64,000 nt of DNA from Gammaproteobacteria bacterium (lineage in GTDB: Bacteria > Pseudomonadota > Gammaproteobacteria > JAJPIJ01), in contig JAJVHZ010000027.1 in assembly GCA_022072255.1 (NCBI GenBank), positions 18,660 through 82,659 of the forward strand, in the 5' to 3' direction. The notes under the pieces are model-generated. The model had not been told where the DNA came from. It worked only from the letters and a program-made list of their open reading frames with translations, and ran no database searches. The translations under genes and the position numbers were made by a program. This document shows positions 29,701 to 38,009 of this stretch, one piece after another; the first letter of the stretch is position 1, and each line of letters opens with the position of its first letter.

Positions 29701-29973
29701 ATAGGAGAACCCGAAGTCGGAAAAACCACGGATGGCCTTCACCTTGGGCGCACCCAGCAGCGCGGTAATGATTGGGTAGGTGACCTGATCCTCAAGAATG
29801 TCGGGCGAGCGGTCCCACTTGGAGAAGACGATGACCTGGGTATCCGAAAGATCGGGCAACGCATCCAGGGGAATCTCCCCCAGGATGTACACCGCGATAG
29901 CCGAGACGGCGACAACGCCCATGAGAACCAGGATCCGGTTCTTAGCGCAGAATTCGATTATTTTCTGGATCAT
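26704..29973 (-). CDS. cusA: CusA/SilA-type Cu(I)/Ag(I) RND permease
   Basis: LDALPDLSDTQVIV, DPAPFSMMET, RIDMLSTG, RARPKMMT, MKRIAAPMIGG. Confidence 0.92.
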   Translation of the reverse strand: MIQKIIEFCAKNRILVLMGVVAVSAIAVYILGEIPLDALPDLSDTQVIVFSKWDRSPDILEDQVTYPIITALLGAPKVKAIRGFSDFGFSYVYVIFQDGTDMYWARSRVLEYLSKIQSRLPQGVQTELGPDATGVGWVFQYALVDHSGEHSLDQLRSYQDWTLRYALQSVPGVAEVASIGGFVKQYQVTVDPNRLAAFQIPLDEVVNAIRSSNNEVGGRLLEWSGREYMVRGKGYAKSLSDFEQIVVKVGEGGIPVHLGDIARVELGPEIRRGISDLDGNGDAVGGIVIMRHGENALNVINRVKEKIKDLAPSLPKGVEIVTTYDRADLITRALETLKHELTIEMIIVSFVILLFLFHIPSAIVPIVTIPVSVLVAFIPLYYMGLTVNIMSLAGIAISIGVLVDGAIVEVENAYNKLYHWQAEGRKGDFHEVRLEALKEVGPSVFFSLLVIAVAFLPIFALVDQEGRLFKPLAYSKNLAMAIAAILAITLDPALRMLFTRMDPFAFRPRWLAWLMTRVFVGKYYSEERHPISRIIFFFYEPACKLVLRFPKTVIFLAIALVLASLPAYFKLGSEFMPPLNEGSILYMPTTLPGISVTQARELLETQDKVLRGFPEVERVFGKAGRADTSTDPAPFSMMETTVILKPEDEWRAKDQWYSKTAPEWLKPFLRRIWPEHISWDELVTEMDKALKIPGTTNAWTMPIKARIDMLSTGVRTPIGIKIFGSDLTEIERIGEELESIVREIPGTRSVFAERVAGGYFVDFEPRREQLARYGLTIEQVQMIISSAIGGENITTTIEGRERYPVNVRYPRELRDDIDHLQRVLVPTPVGAQVPLAQLADIKVLQGPAMLRDENGFLAGYVYVDITGRDIGSYVEEAKRVVQEKLDLKPGYVLQWSGQYENMLRVRERLKLVVPITLALIFILLFANTGSAFKTTVVMLAVPFSVIGAVWLFYFLDYNVSIAAWVGMIALMGLDAETGVFMLLFLDLSYEEAKKAGRLTNLKELDAAILHGAVKRARPKMMTVAAAFMGLLPIMWSNSAGADVMKRIAAPMIGGLATSFILELLVYPAIYKLRILRTDMKDIARTGTQT

Positions 29974-29985
29974 GGCTACGCGCTC

Positions 29986-31548
29986 CTAATGGGAGTGTCC
30001 ACCCTTATCGGAGGCTCCGGAAAAAGCGGCCTGAAGGCGTGATTCGGAATCGAGCAGGAAATTCGCCCGGGTTACTACACTCTCCCCAGGCTGGATACCA
30101 TCAAGGATCTGGGCCTTCCCTACGTCGCGGATTCCGACTTTCACCTTGCGCGGCTCAAACCGGCCTTTCCCCAGGTCGACAAAGACGATTTTCCTCTGGC
30201 CGCTATCCATCACCGCCGAATCCGGGATGACCACACCCTCGGTGGCTTCTACCTGCAGATCAACATTGACGTACATGGAGGGTTTGAGGAGGAGGTTGGG
30301 GTTGTCCATCTCGAACCGCACTTTGAGGGTCCGGCTCTCAGGATTCAGGGTCGGGCTAATGTAGGAGACGGTGCCGGTCGTTTCCGGGATCGTCCCATAG
30401 GGCATGCTAAAATTGGCCTGCTGTCCAAGTTTCACAAAGGTTGCCTCATACTCATAGATGGCCGCTTCAATCCAGATGTGCGAGAGGTCCGTAACTGTAA
30501 ACAGCTCCATACCCGGTTCCACCTGCTGCCCCTCGAATACCTCCTTGGCGCCGATGAAGCCGGAGGACGGAGCGGTGAGCGTTACGCTCTTCCGAATCTT
30601 CCCGGATTTCTCGAGTTCTTCGATGAATGTCTCCGGGACATCAAAAAGCTGCAACCGGTATCGAGCTGTCTTGACCAAATCCACTTCGGTCTTCATGAAT
30701 TCCGGTGAGTCTACACCCCCTACTTTCCCGATGCGTTCACGGACTGTCAGATATTCCTGTTGGCTGGCTACGAGCTCCGGCGAGTAAATTGACAGAATGG
30801 GAGAGTCCTTCTCCACCCACTGACCTGTGAAGTTGGCTTCGAGCTTCTCAATCCAACCTGAGATCTTTGTGTGCACATGCCGGACGAGGGTTTCATCAGG
30901 TGTGACGTAGCCAACGGTTCGGATGGTTCGAGCCAGATGTTCCTGAGTCGCTGTGGCAACCTGAATCCCCGCCAGCCGAAGTCCATCATTCGAAACCGTG
31001 ATGGGAACAAGACCCTCCACATTGGTGCCGGTTTGACTCGGTATCTCATCCGAGTAGACCGCCACATAATCCATCCCCATCTCATCCTTCATGGGTACAG
31101 GTGAGGTCACTTCGGGGTTCATGCGATTCCGGTAGAAGAGGATCTTCCTATCCCCCGGAGCGACCGGGGATCCGGTGGAATGCGAGCCGTCGGCATGACC
31201 CGTTCCGGGGCTTTCCGCAGGTGGAGTGTTGTCTGGTTCCTCCATCGGTTCCAGGTTCATCCCACACTTGGGACATTTGCCGGGTTTGTCGGAGACAACT
31301 TCGGGATGCATGGGGCAAGTATATTTTGTTCCCTCGGTGGGGGCTTTCTCCTTTTCCATTGGGACCAGTCGCATCCCGCAGATGGGACAGTCCCCCGGCC
31401 GGTCCGTGATGTAAGTGGGGTGCATGGGGCAGAAATACTTCTCCGCTGCCTTGTCGCCTCGGTTACACCCTATGATGAGTACAACGACTGCAAAGGCTAC
31501 AATTGGTGCCAGAGAGAACGATCTTAAGTCAGTTGACGCTTTCATCAT
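29986..31548 (-). CDS. cusB: CusB-type adaptor with N-terminal heavy-metal-binding (YxCPMHP) domains
   Basis: YFCPMHP..CPICGM, YTCPMHP..CPKCGM, FYRNRMNP..KDEMGMDY, YSPELVASQQEY; SD GAGGAG before 31548. Confidence 0.88.
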   Translation of the reverse strand: MMKASTDLRSFSLAPIVAFAVVVLIIGCNRGDKAAEKYFCPMHPTYITDRPGDCPICGMRLVPMEKEKAPTEGTKYTCPMHPEVVSDKPGKCPKCGMNLEPMEEPDNTPPAESPGTGHADGSHSTGSPVAPGDRKILFYRNRMNPEVTSPVPMKDEMGMDYVAVYSDEIPSQTGTNVEGLVPITVSNDGLRLAGIQVATATQEHLARTIRTVGYVTPDETLVRHVHTKISGWIEKLEANFTGQWVEKDSPILSIYSPELVASQQEYLTVRERIGKVGGVDSPEFMKTEVDLVKTARYRLQLFDVPETFIEELEKSGKIRKSVTLTAPSSGFIGAKEVFEGQQVEPGMELFTVTDLSHIWIEAAIYEYEATFVKLGQQANFSMPYGTIPETTGTVSYISPTLNPESRTLKVRFEMDNPNLLLKPSMYVNVDLQVEATEGVVIPDSAVMDSGQRKIVFVDLGKGRFEPRKVKVGIRDVGKAQILDGIQPGESVVTRANFLLDSESRLQAAFSGASDKGGHSH

Positions 31549-31613
31549 GCTTCTCCTCTGCTTTCCTTTTCGCATTGGTCCCGGTGGAACAAAGAGCTTT
31601 ACTGGGATATACC

Positions 31614-31862
31614 CTAATGCGACATATGGGAACCAGCCGAATATGAAGATCCCCCGGATTTGACGGAGCTCCCCATCGGTTTAAGATCCATCTTACATAT
31701 CGGGCACTGTCCAGGAGACTCGGATTTCTCCTCCGGGTGCATTGGGCAGGTGTACATTCCTCTCGACCTGGCCATCTCAGCACATCCCCCAACTAGAAGG
31801 ACAACCCCGATTAGAAGCAGTGCAGTGGCAATAACCTGCCTCCTCTTCATTCCTTCAAACAT
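31614..31862 (-). CDS. small lipoprotein with heavy-metal-binding domain
   Basis: Lipobox-like VGGC; [16 protein letters not shown]; ends HMSH. Confidence 0.75.
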   Translation of the reverse strand: MFEGMKRRQVIATALLLIGVVLLVGGCAEMARSRGMYTCPMHPEEKSESPGQCPICKMDLKPMGSSVKSGGSSYSAGSHMSH

Positions 31863-32134
31863 GGCGCAATTCCTCGATTCTTTAACCATTTAGATCCATC
31901 ACACTTGCCTCTGAAAAATCCTGACAAAGCGGCAGACTGTGTTGGATGGTGATCTCGCAGCCTCCTCACTCTTGTCCAACCGCGGAAGGATGAACGAACT
32001 CAGAGATGGGATACCGGGTTACTTACGTTTTGGCTCAAAGATGGAGAAGTCTGTGATCCCGAGTAAACCTCAGGCATTAGAACTCGTCTTGCCTGGTGTT
32101 CAGTGGACAGACCTATCGCGTCGATTGGAGTGAT

Positions 32135-32524
32135 TCAACACCTGAATGAACTATCGAGTAGATACAAGGGAGTGCTGCCAGAGCACGGCAGTAGCCATTC
32201 CACCTCTGAGGGTGAATAGGCCTGAGAGGATACTTCCACAACTGTGCCAAGGCCGGTTGGAATGATTGCCCCGAGCACGTTGTCATCAGCTCTTTCAGCT
32301 GGCCGCGGGGCTGGTACGGTTGGTTGAGGGGATTCCGCCTCGGTACAGCCGCACATGCACGGCCCACTATCAGACCCATCGCAGCAACCGCAGCCACACA
32401 TCCCCTTGTTATCATCGTTGGGACTGGGATCTGTGCCAGCCAAGTATTGAGCACAGGAGCACTCTGCCAACGGAAAGGCAAGCACCAGCGAAAAAATAAG
32501 GATCAGGCTCGCATAGCGTCTCAT
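32135..32524 (-). CDS. Cys-rich leader/upstream ORF (paralog 6)
   Basis: Signal-like N-terminus ending CSC; CGCGCCDG, CMCGC; ends PLYLLDSSFRC; promoter TTGACA-17-TAGCTT at 32567-32539. Confidence 0.68.
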   Translation of the reverse strand: MRRYASLILIFSLVLAFPLAECSCAQYLAGTDPSPNDDNKGMCGCGCCDGSDSGPCMCGCTEAESPQPTVPAPRPAERADDNVLGAIIPTGLGTVVEVSSQAYSPSEVEWLLPCSGSTPLYLLDSSFRC

Positions 32525-32587
32525 GATTCTCTAAGGAAAAGCTACAAACACATTCCTTCCATGTCAATAAGAACGTTTGTGGTTCTC

Positions 32588-33154
32588 CTAACGCAACGTT
32601 GGGACCTCATCACGGTCCCGTCGCTGCATCAGGCTTGAGATCAAGCCGATTCGCATATCCATGGACTGATTCCGGACACAACCGACTAAAACAGGCACCA
32701 CATGCTTGTCCATCTTGGCCAGGATGTCGATGGTCGACCACAGCAGGTCTGGGTCCGAAAGCAGGCAGATGATCTTCCTCACGACGGGTTCACCAATCCG
32801 AATCAGCGTATCTATCGCTTTCTCAACGATGTCTCGTTCGGCACTCCGGAGTTGACTGATCAGGTCATCGATGAGGTGAGGGAAATCGGAATGGACAAAG
32901 AAGTGAGCTGCTATGGCGACTCGCCACAGGTCACCGCTTCTATACCAGGCCATCATCTCCTCCGCAGCATGTTCCAGAGGCAGTTTCAACAGAACATCCA
33001 GTAGGTCCGTCGGATCTTCGCTTAGAGTGCCATATCCAAGGCCTCCTCCCAGTGTCGGATTCCCTTTCCACAATTGCGTCACAGGTCTTCGTCTTTCGAG
33101 CCTAACAAACGGCACATGTTTTTTTTCGACAACTGTATTATTGGTTCTTAACAT
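32588..33154 (-). CDS. hypothetical helical protein, WYRSGD family (copy 3, divergent)
   Basis: SD AAGGAG; WYRSGDLWRVAIAAHFF, IGEPVVRKII, MDKHVVP. Confidence 0.7.
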   Translation of the reverse strand: MLRTNNTVVEKKHVPFVRLERRRPVTQLWKGNPTLGGGLGYGTLSEDPTDLLDVLLKLPLEHAAEEMMAWYRSGDLWRVAIAAHFFVHSDFPHLIDDLISQLRSAERDIVEKAIDTLIRIGEPVVRKIICLLSDPDLLWSTIDILAKMDKHVVPVLVGCVRNQSMDMRIGLISSLMQRRDRDEVPTLR

Positions 33155-33246
33155 TTGAGACTCTCCTTTGTCTGCAGTCTTACAAGCCCCGCATCCCATG
33201 GATGGGGCGTATTCTAGGTTTCTCAGTTCACGTCTTCATGGATTCC

Positions 33247-33915
33247 TCAGAGCCAAAAATGCTGCTGGCTATCAATCCCGGGCCACACCAAGATCGTCTC
33301 CGGTGGATTCAATGCGTGAAACGGTGGCATCTGTCGTGGCATTGAAAACGTTATCGTTTCTCCTTCTTGATTGGCCTTGAGCCTACGAAGCGCTAAGTCA
33401 GGATCTCTCAGGAAGGAGTTGATGCAATTCTCACAATGGAAGTGGAAGATCACACCATTGTACTCAATCCTTACCTTAGAGAATGCCTGCCTCATTGGCG
33501 CCACCGGACAGAAATTGTTCTGAAGGTCAATGGGTGTCTCAGGCCAGCCTGTCCGCTGATTCATTCGGTAGGCTTTCATATAAGTCCCAGAAAGATTCAT
33601 GGCTGCTTCGTCTTTGCAGGCTTCACAGCAGAGGTAGAGCCGTCCTGCAAGGTTTCGTTCCTTATCCTGATAATCAAGGTAGATCTCCGGATCGATGGGC
33701 TGTTTCGTGACAGGACACAAGCGATTCCCATTGACAGGTGGGGTCTTTCCAGTCTGGAGACCAGGTGTTCCAGAATCAATTTGACGATGGTCACTCATGC
33801 CACCCTCAGGATTGATTCGTTTGTCCTTCGAGAGCTCCGCTTGTGAATATAACGTCGCGATCAAGACTCCGAGTGATAGCGCTAACGTGCTAACCGTTTG
33901 AGCGATAGTTTTCAT
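33247..33915 (-). CDS. exported Cys-rich double YHS-like protein (copy 3)
   Basis: SD AAAGGAG; GNRLCPVT..YLCCEAC..QNNFCPV..EYNGVIFHFHCENC. Confidence 0.68.
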   Translation of the reverse strand: MKTIAQTVSTLALSLGVLIATLYSQAELSKDKRINPEGGMSDHRQIDSGTPGLQTGKTPPVNGNRLCPVTKQPIDPEIYLDYQDKERNLAGRLYLCCEACKDEAAMNLSGTYMKAYRMNQRTGWPETPIDLQNNFCPVAPMRQAFSKVRIEYNGVIFHFHCENCINSFLRDPDLALRRLKANQEGETITFSMPRQMPPFHALNPPETILVWPGIDSQQHFWL

Positions 33916-34186
33916 GTTGAATTGTCTCCTTTCTCTTCTCCCGTCTCTCCTCACAGGACATACATACGGTGAGGTCCAACGACTTTTACTTGTCGGCTTC
34001 CCGACCCTTCCTGTCTGAATCTCGCGCTGCGCTAGACATGCTCAGACCGGTGGATGGATCAGGGCGTTACCTTACTGGACTCTGTGTGTCGTGGTGGTGC
34101 GAAAAGATTGTTGACCGAATGGAAAATCCTCAGCTGACGTAGATGCTAAAGAAGGATTCCTCTCGGATCAGGTGGAGTGGAAAGGG

Positions 34187-34660
34187 TCAACACTGAATGG
34201 AATGGTTGGTAATGTAGCGTGAAAGACCAGAGGGGTGGAAAACACAGTCGATGTAACTCGGTGCTGAAAGACGGTACCCTGCGACCAATGGGATTCCGCT
34301 GACAGGGCTGGAAAGCAGATCCAACACCCTTGGGAACCTTTCGGACTCGGATTCACTTCCCGGCACGGATGATTGAGCCTGACCTGATGTATCACCGTTG
34401 AGACAGCAACGGCAGGATGCGTTCCCGTTTGCCTGATCCGAGCAACTCACGAGGAACCCCGTATCCGATCCGGCATGGCTGTCCTCGCAACAAGAGGGGC
34501 AGGCATGGCTGGTTTCACCTATTCCCTCAGTACCACAGCAACCAGCCACACCATCTGCCGCGCGAATCGGGGAAGTGCCCGAATGGTTGCACAGGCACAG
34601 ACGAGGTGTCAGGCCGACAAGCAGAACCACGGAAAGTAAACTGGAGATCAGCTTTCTCAT
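34187..34660 (-). CDS. Cys-rich leader/upstream ORF (paralog 7)
   Basis: Signal-like N-terminus ending CLC; GCCG, CPSCC, CRCC; ends RYITNHSIQC; promoter TTGACT-16-TATCAT at 34697-34670. Confidence 0.68.
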   Translation of the reverse strand: MRKLISSLLSVVLLVGLTPRLCLCNHSGTSPIRAADGVAGCCGTEGIGETSHACPSCCEDSHAGSDTGFLVSCSDQANGNASCRCCLNGDTSGQAQSSVPGSESESERFPRVLDLLSSPVSGIPLVAGYRLSAPSYIDCVFHPSGLSRYITNHSIQC

Positions 34661-34719
34661 TACCACGGTATGATATCTACAGCCGACCGCGAGTCAACAG
34701 GAGGCACCCGTCCTCTCGG

Positions 34720-37038
34720 TCAGATCTTCAGGCGTCTCAACCGGAGTGCGTTGCCGATGACCGAGACTGAGCTGAAGCTCATGGCGGCGGCGGCGATCAT
34801 TGGGTTGAGCAGGAGGCCGAAGAAGGGGTACAGAACTCCCGCCGCGATGGGGATCGCTAGTGCATTGTAGATGAAGGCCAGGAAGAGGTTCTGGCGGATG
34901 TTGCGGAGGGTCTCCCGGCTGAGTGCGCGAGCCCGGACAACACCGCGCAAGTCGCCACTGATGAGGGTGATGCCAGCGCTTTCGACAGCCACTCCGGCTC
35001 CAGTTCCCATGGCGATTCCCACGTCCGCTCGCGCAAGAGCAGGAGCGTCATTTATCCCATCCCCCGCCATCGCGACAATGCCCCCTTCCTTCTGGATCTG
35101 TTCGACTACAGTCCGCTTCTCTTCGGGGAGGATTTCAGCCTTCACCTCGCGAATTCCAAGGCGGTATGCAATCGCTTGAGCGGTTGTTTGGTTGTCCCCT
35201 GTCAGCATCACCAACCGCAGATTCTCCTTGCGTAATAACCGGATCGCCTCGGGTGTTGATTCCTTGATCGGGTCCTCAACACCCAGGAAACCAACCATCC
35301 GGCCGTCGATCGCCACGAAAAGAATGGTATGGCCTTGGGATCGCAACGTCTCTGCTTTCTCACGGAGGAGGCCGGGATCGATCCCCTTCTCCTCCAAAAG
35401 TCGGAGGTTCCCAATGAGAAGAGCCTGCCCTTTTACTGAACCGGCAACGCCTCGACCGGTCAAAGATTCGAAGGATTCGGGTTCCGGGATTGTGAGGCCG
35501 CGTCGTTGTGCTTCGGTCACGATTGCCGCAGCCAGAGGGTGCTCGCTGGCACGCTCCAGACCGGCGGCCAAGCCAAGAAGATTCTCCTCGGTTGTGCTGT
35601 CGTGTGATTCCAGTGTGACGACATGGGGTTTTCCCTCGGTCAGCGTTCCGGTCTTATCTACGACAAGGGTGTCTGTCCTGCCCAGAATCTCGAGCGCTTC
35701 CGCATTCCGGAAGAGCACCCCCATCTGGGCTCCGCTCCCTGTCGCAACCATGATTGAGACCGGAGTCGCTAACCCCAGAGCGCATGGGCAGGCGATGATC
35801 AGGACCGCGACCGAGTTTACCAGCGCGTAGGCCAGAGACGGCTGTGGTCCCACCAACGCCCAGACCAGGAACGTGAGAATAGCAACCAGCACGACGGACG
35901 GAACGAAATAGCTTGCCACACTGTCCGCGATGCGCTGAATCGGGGCTTTGGTTCGTTGAGCATCCAAAACAAGCTGCACGATCTGCGAAAGGAATGTGTC
36001 ATCCCCAACCTTTTCGGCTCTCATGACGAAACTCCCGGTTCCGTTCAGAGTTCCTCCGGTGACCGGGTCTCCGAGTGTCTTCTCAACAGGGATGGATTCA
36101 CCCGTGACCATCGATTCATCGACTGCGGGATTTCCCTCCAGAATGATGCCATCGATGGGAACTCTGTCGCCGGGACGGACGCGAAGACGGTCTCCGACTT
36201 GAAGGCGATCCAATGCTATGTCTTCCTCAATCCCGTCGGGTAAGAGGCGTCGGGCGGTCGCCGGAGCAAGCTTCAGCAGTTCACGAACGGCGCCACTGGT
36301 CTTGCTCCTTGCTTTGAGCTCGAGCACCTGACCAAGTAAGACCAAGGTGGTGATCACTGCTGCACTTTCAAAATAGAGCGGAACATGGCCGTGGATATCA
36401 CGGAAGGCTGAAGGGAAAAGATTCGGGAGTACAAGGGCAATGGTACTATAGGAATAAGAGACCCCGGTCCCCATGGAGATCAATGTGAACATGTTGGGAT
36501 TGCGAGTGACCAAAGAGGACCATCCACGCGTGAAGAAGGACCAGCCCCCCCAGACAACTACGGGAGTGGAGAGGACGAACTGGATCCAACCCGATGAATG
36601 GCTCAGAAACGCTGATCCCAGAACAGGGCCACTCAAATGCTCAGACATGGCAATCAGGAAGACAGGAGCAGTCAGGACCAAGCTGACCCAGAATCGCCGG
36701 AGCATCTCTTGGTACTCCGGGTTCTCCTCCTCCGCTGCACTTGGCCTCATCGGCTCAAGGGCCATTCCACATTTCGGGCAGGGGCCGGGAGTGGTTCGTT
36801 GTATCTCGGGATGCATCGGACAGGTGTACAGGGAGCCGGAAGGCGCAATCTCCTCAGGCCTGAGCGCCTCGCTCTCCTCGAGATAGTGCTCCGGGTTGGC
36901 CTCGAACTTTCGCAAGCATCCCTCGCTGCAGAAATAATAGGCATGGCCCCGGTGATGGTGTGGCCCGTGAGCCGTTAATGGGTCCACCGTCATACCACAG
37001 ACTGGATCTACTGTGTGGTGGTTGTCTTGATCGTTCAT
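34720..37038 (-). CDS. copA: P1B-1 copper-exporting ATPase with N-terminal YHS and heavy-metal-binding domains
   Basis: [54 protein letters not shown] and MSFSS in C-terminal TM helices. Confidence 0.93.
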   Translation of the reverse strand: MNDQDNHHTVDPVCGMTVDPLTAHGPHHHRGHAYYFCSEGCLRKFEANPEHYLEESEALRPEEIAPSGSLYTCPMHPEIQRTTPGPCPKCGMALEPMRPSAAEEENPEYQEMLRRFWVSLVLTAPVFLIAMSEHLSGPVLGSAFLSHSSGWIQFVLSTPVVVWGGWSFFTRGWSSLVTRNPNMFTLISMGTGVSYSYSTIALVLPNLFPSAFRDIHGHVPLYFESAAVITTLVLLGQVLELKARSKTSGAVRELLKLAPATARRLLPDGIEEDIALDRLQVGDRLRVRPGDRVPIDGIILEGNPAVDESMVTGESIPVEKTLGDPVTGGTLNGTGSFVMRAEKVGDDTFLSQIVQLVLDAQRTKAPIQRIADSVASYFVPSVVLVAILTFLVWALVGPQPSLAYALVNSVAVLIIACPCALGLATPVSIMVATGSGAQMGVLFRNAEALEILGRTDTLVVDKTGTLTEGKPHVVTLESHDSTTEENLLGLAAGLERASEHPLAAAIVTEAQRRGLTIPEPESFESLTGRGVAGSVKGQALLIGNLRLLEEKGIDPGLLREKAETLRSQGHTILFVAIDGRMVGFLGVEDPIKESTPEAIRLLRKENLRLVMLTGDNQTTAQAIAYRLGIREVKAEILPEEKRTVVEQIQKEGGIVAMAGDGINDAPALARADVGIAMGTGAGVAVESAGITLISGDLRGVVRARALSRETLRNIRQNLFLAFIYNALAIPIAAGVLYPFFGLLLNPMIAAAAMSFSSVSVIGNALRLRRLKI

Positions 37039-37403
37039 GTCTTCAGCATAGAAATGATTCCGGGATCTGTCATCCCGCCAATCCTCGTTCTTTTAATCTC
37101 TCCCCCTTCCTTCTTGACCACCCCTTGAAGTGATAGAACCCCTCATGTGCAGCCTCCGATTGGCGCCACCGAGAAGGGGCTCAAAGGTCTTGACCTGAAG
37201 CATGGAGTGAATCAGGCCCGTGGGGAATCCGATAATCTGAGATGTGTATTCGATGAACACAGTTTTGACGGCCTAGGAGTGAAACTGCTGGGATAGCGAT
37301 ATCCACTTTGGGTATCGGAGGCAGCCTCCAATACTTCCAGTTCTCTGCATGCATCCTGGGGAACGGCTGTCGCAATCGTTTCCTGGTGTGCTTTGGTGAC
37401 TAT

Positions 37404-38009
37404 CTAAAAGGTTGAGATCTGGTACAGAGGGGCAATCGTGTGAAGGACTGAACTCGCCAACGAGATCGCTCTGAGGAGCTCCGGTATCTGGTCTGTGAGT
37501 ATCCAAGCTGGTTGTGTGGTGAGTTCGGGTGGGAGGAGGTGGGGGTGGTGTTGGAGGATTTGTTGGGTGAGGGTGAGTTGGCTCTGCCAAGTAACGGTGT
37601 GCTTCATGATGGTCCAGGTGATGTGGTGGGTGTGTTGTTGGGTGATGAGGGCTTCGGTGAGAGTTTTTAGGACGGTGGTGTGGCCGGGGCCATGGGGTAG
37701 TGTGGCGTCGAGGTATGCGCGTTCGTATCCGCCTGCGGGGTAGTGGTGGTCGAGGAGTTGTTTGGCTTTTCCGAAGGCTTGTTCTGGGGTGAGGTCTGTC
37801 TTGAGGGGGAGGGCTTCTTTGAACACCAAGGTGGTGAAGGCGGTCAGGCTTTGGTTGAAGGTTTGGTAGTCGGTAGGTTCGGGGTGGGTTTCGAGGAAGG
37901 TGAGGTAGCATTTTTGGATGGGTTCGTCGTAGAGGGTGGCGAGGTGGTTCTCGTCCAGTTCGGCGAGGATCTGTTCCAGGGGGGATGGGTTGGTTTGGGT
38001 GGGGTTCAT
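37404..38009 (-). CDS. hypothetical protein, stand-alone copy of the ~195-aa repeated domain (D1)
   Basis: ATGA overlap with upstream ATPase; aligns by eye with 56436-57023, 57052-57642 and the C-terminus of 52998-54662. Confidence 0.72.
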   Translation of the reverse strand: MNPTQTNPSPLEQILAELDENHLATLYDEPIQKCYLTFLETHPEPTDYQTFNQSLTAFTTLVFKEALPLKTDLTPEQAFGKAKQLLDHHYPAGGYERAYLDATLPHGPGHTTVLKTLTEALITQQHTHHITWTIMKHTVTWQSQLTLTQQILQHHPHLLPPELTTQPAWILTDQIPELLRAISLASSVLHTIAPLYQISTF

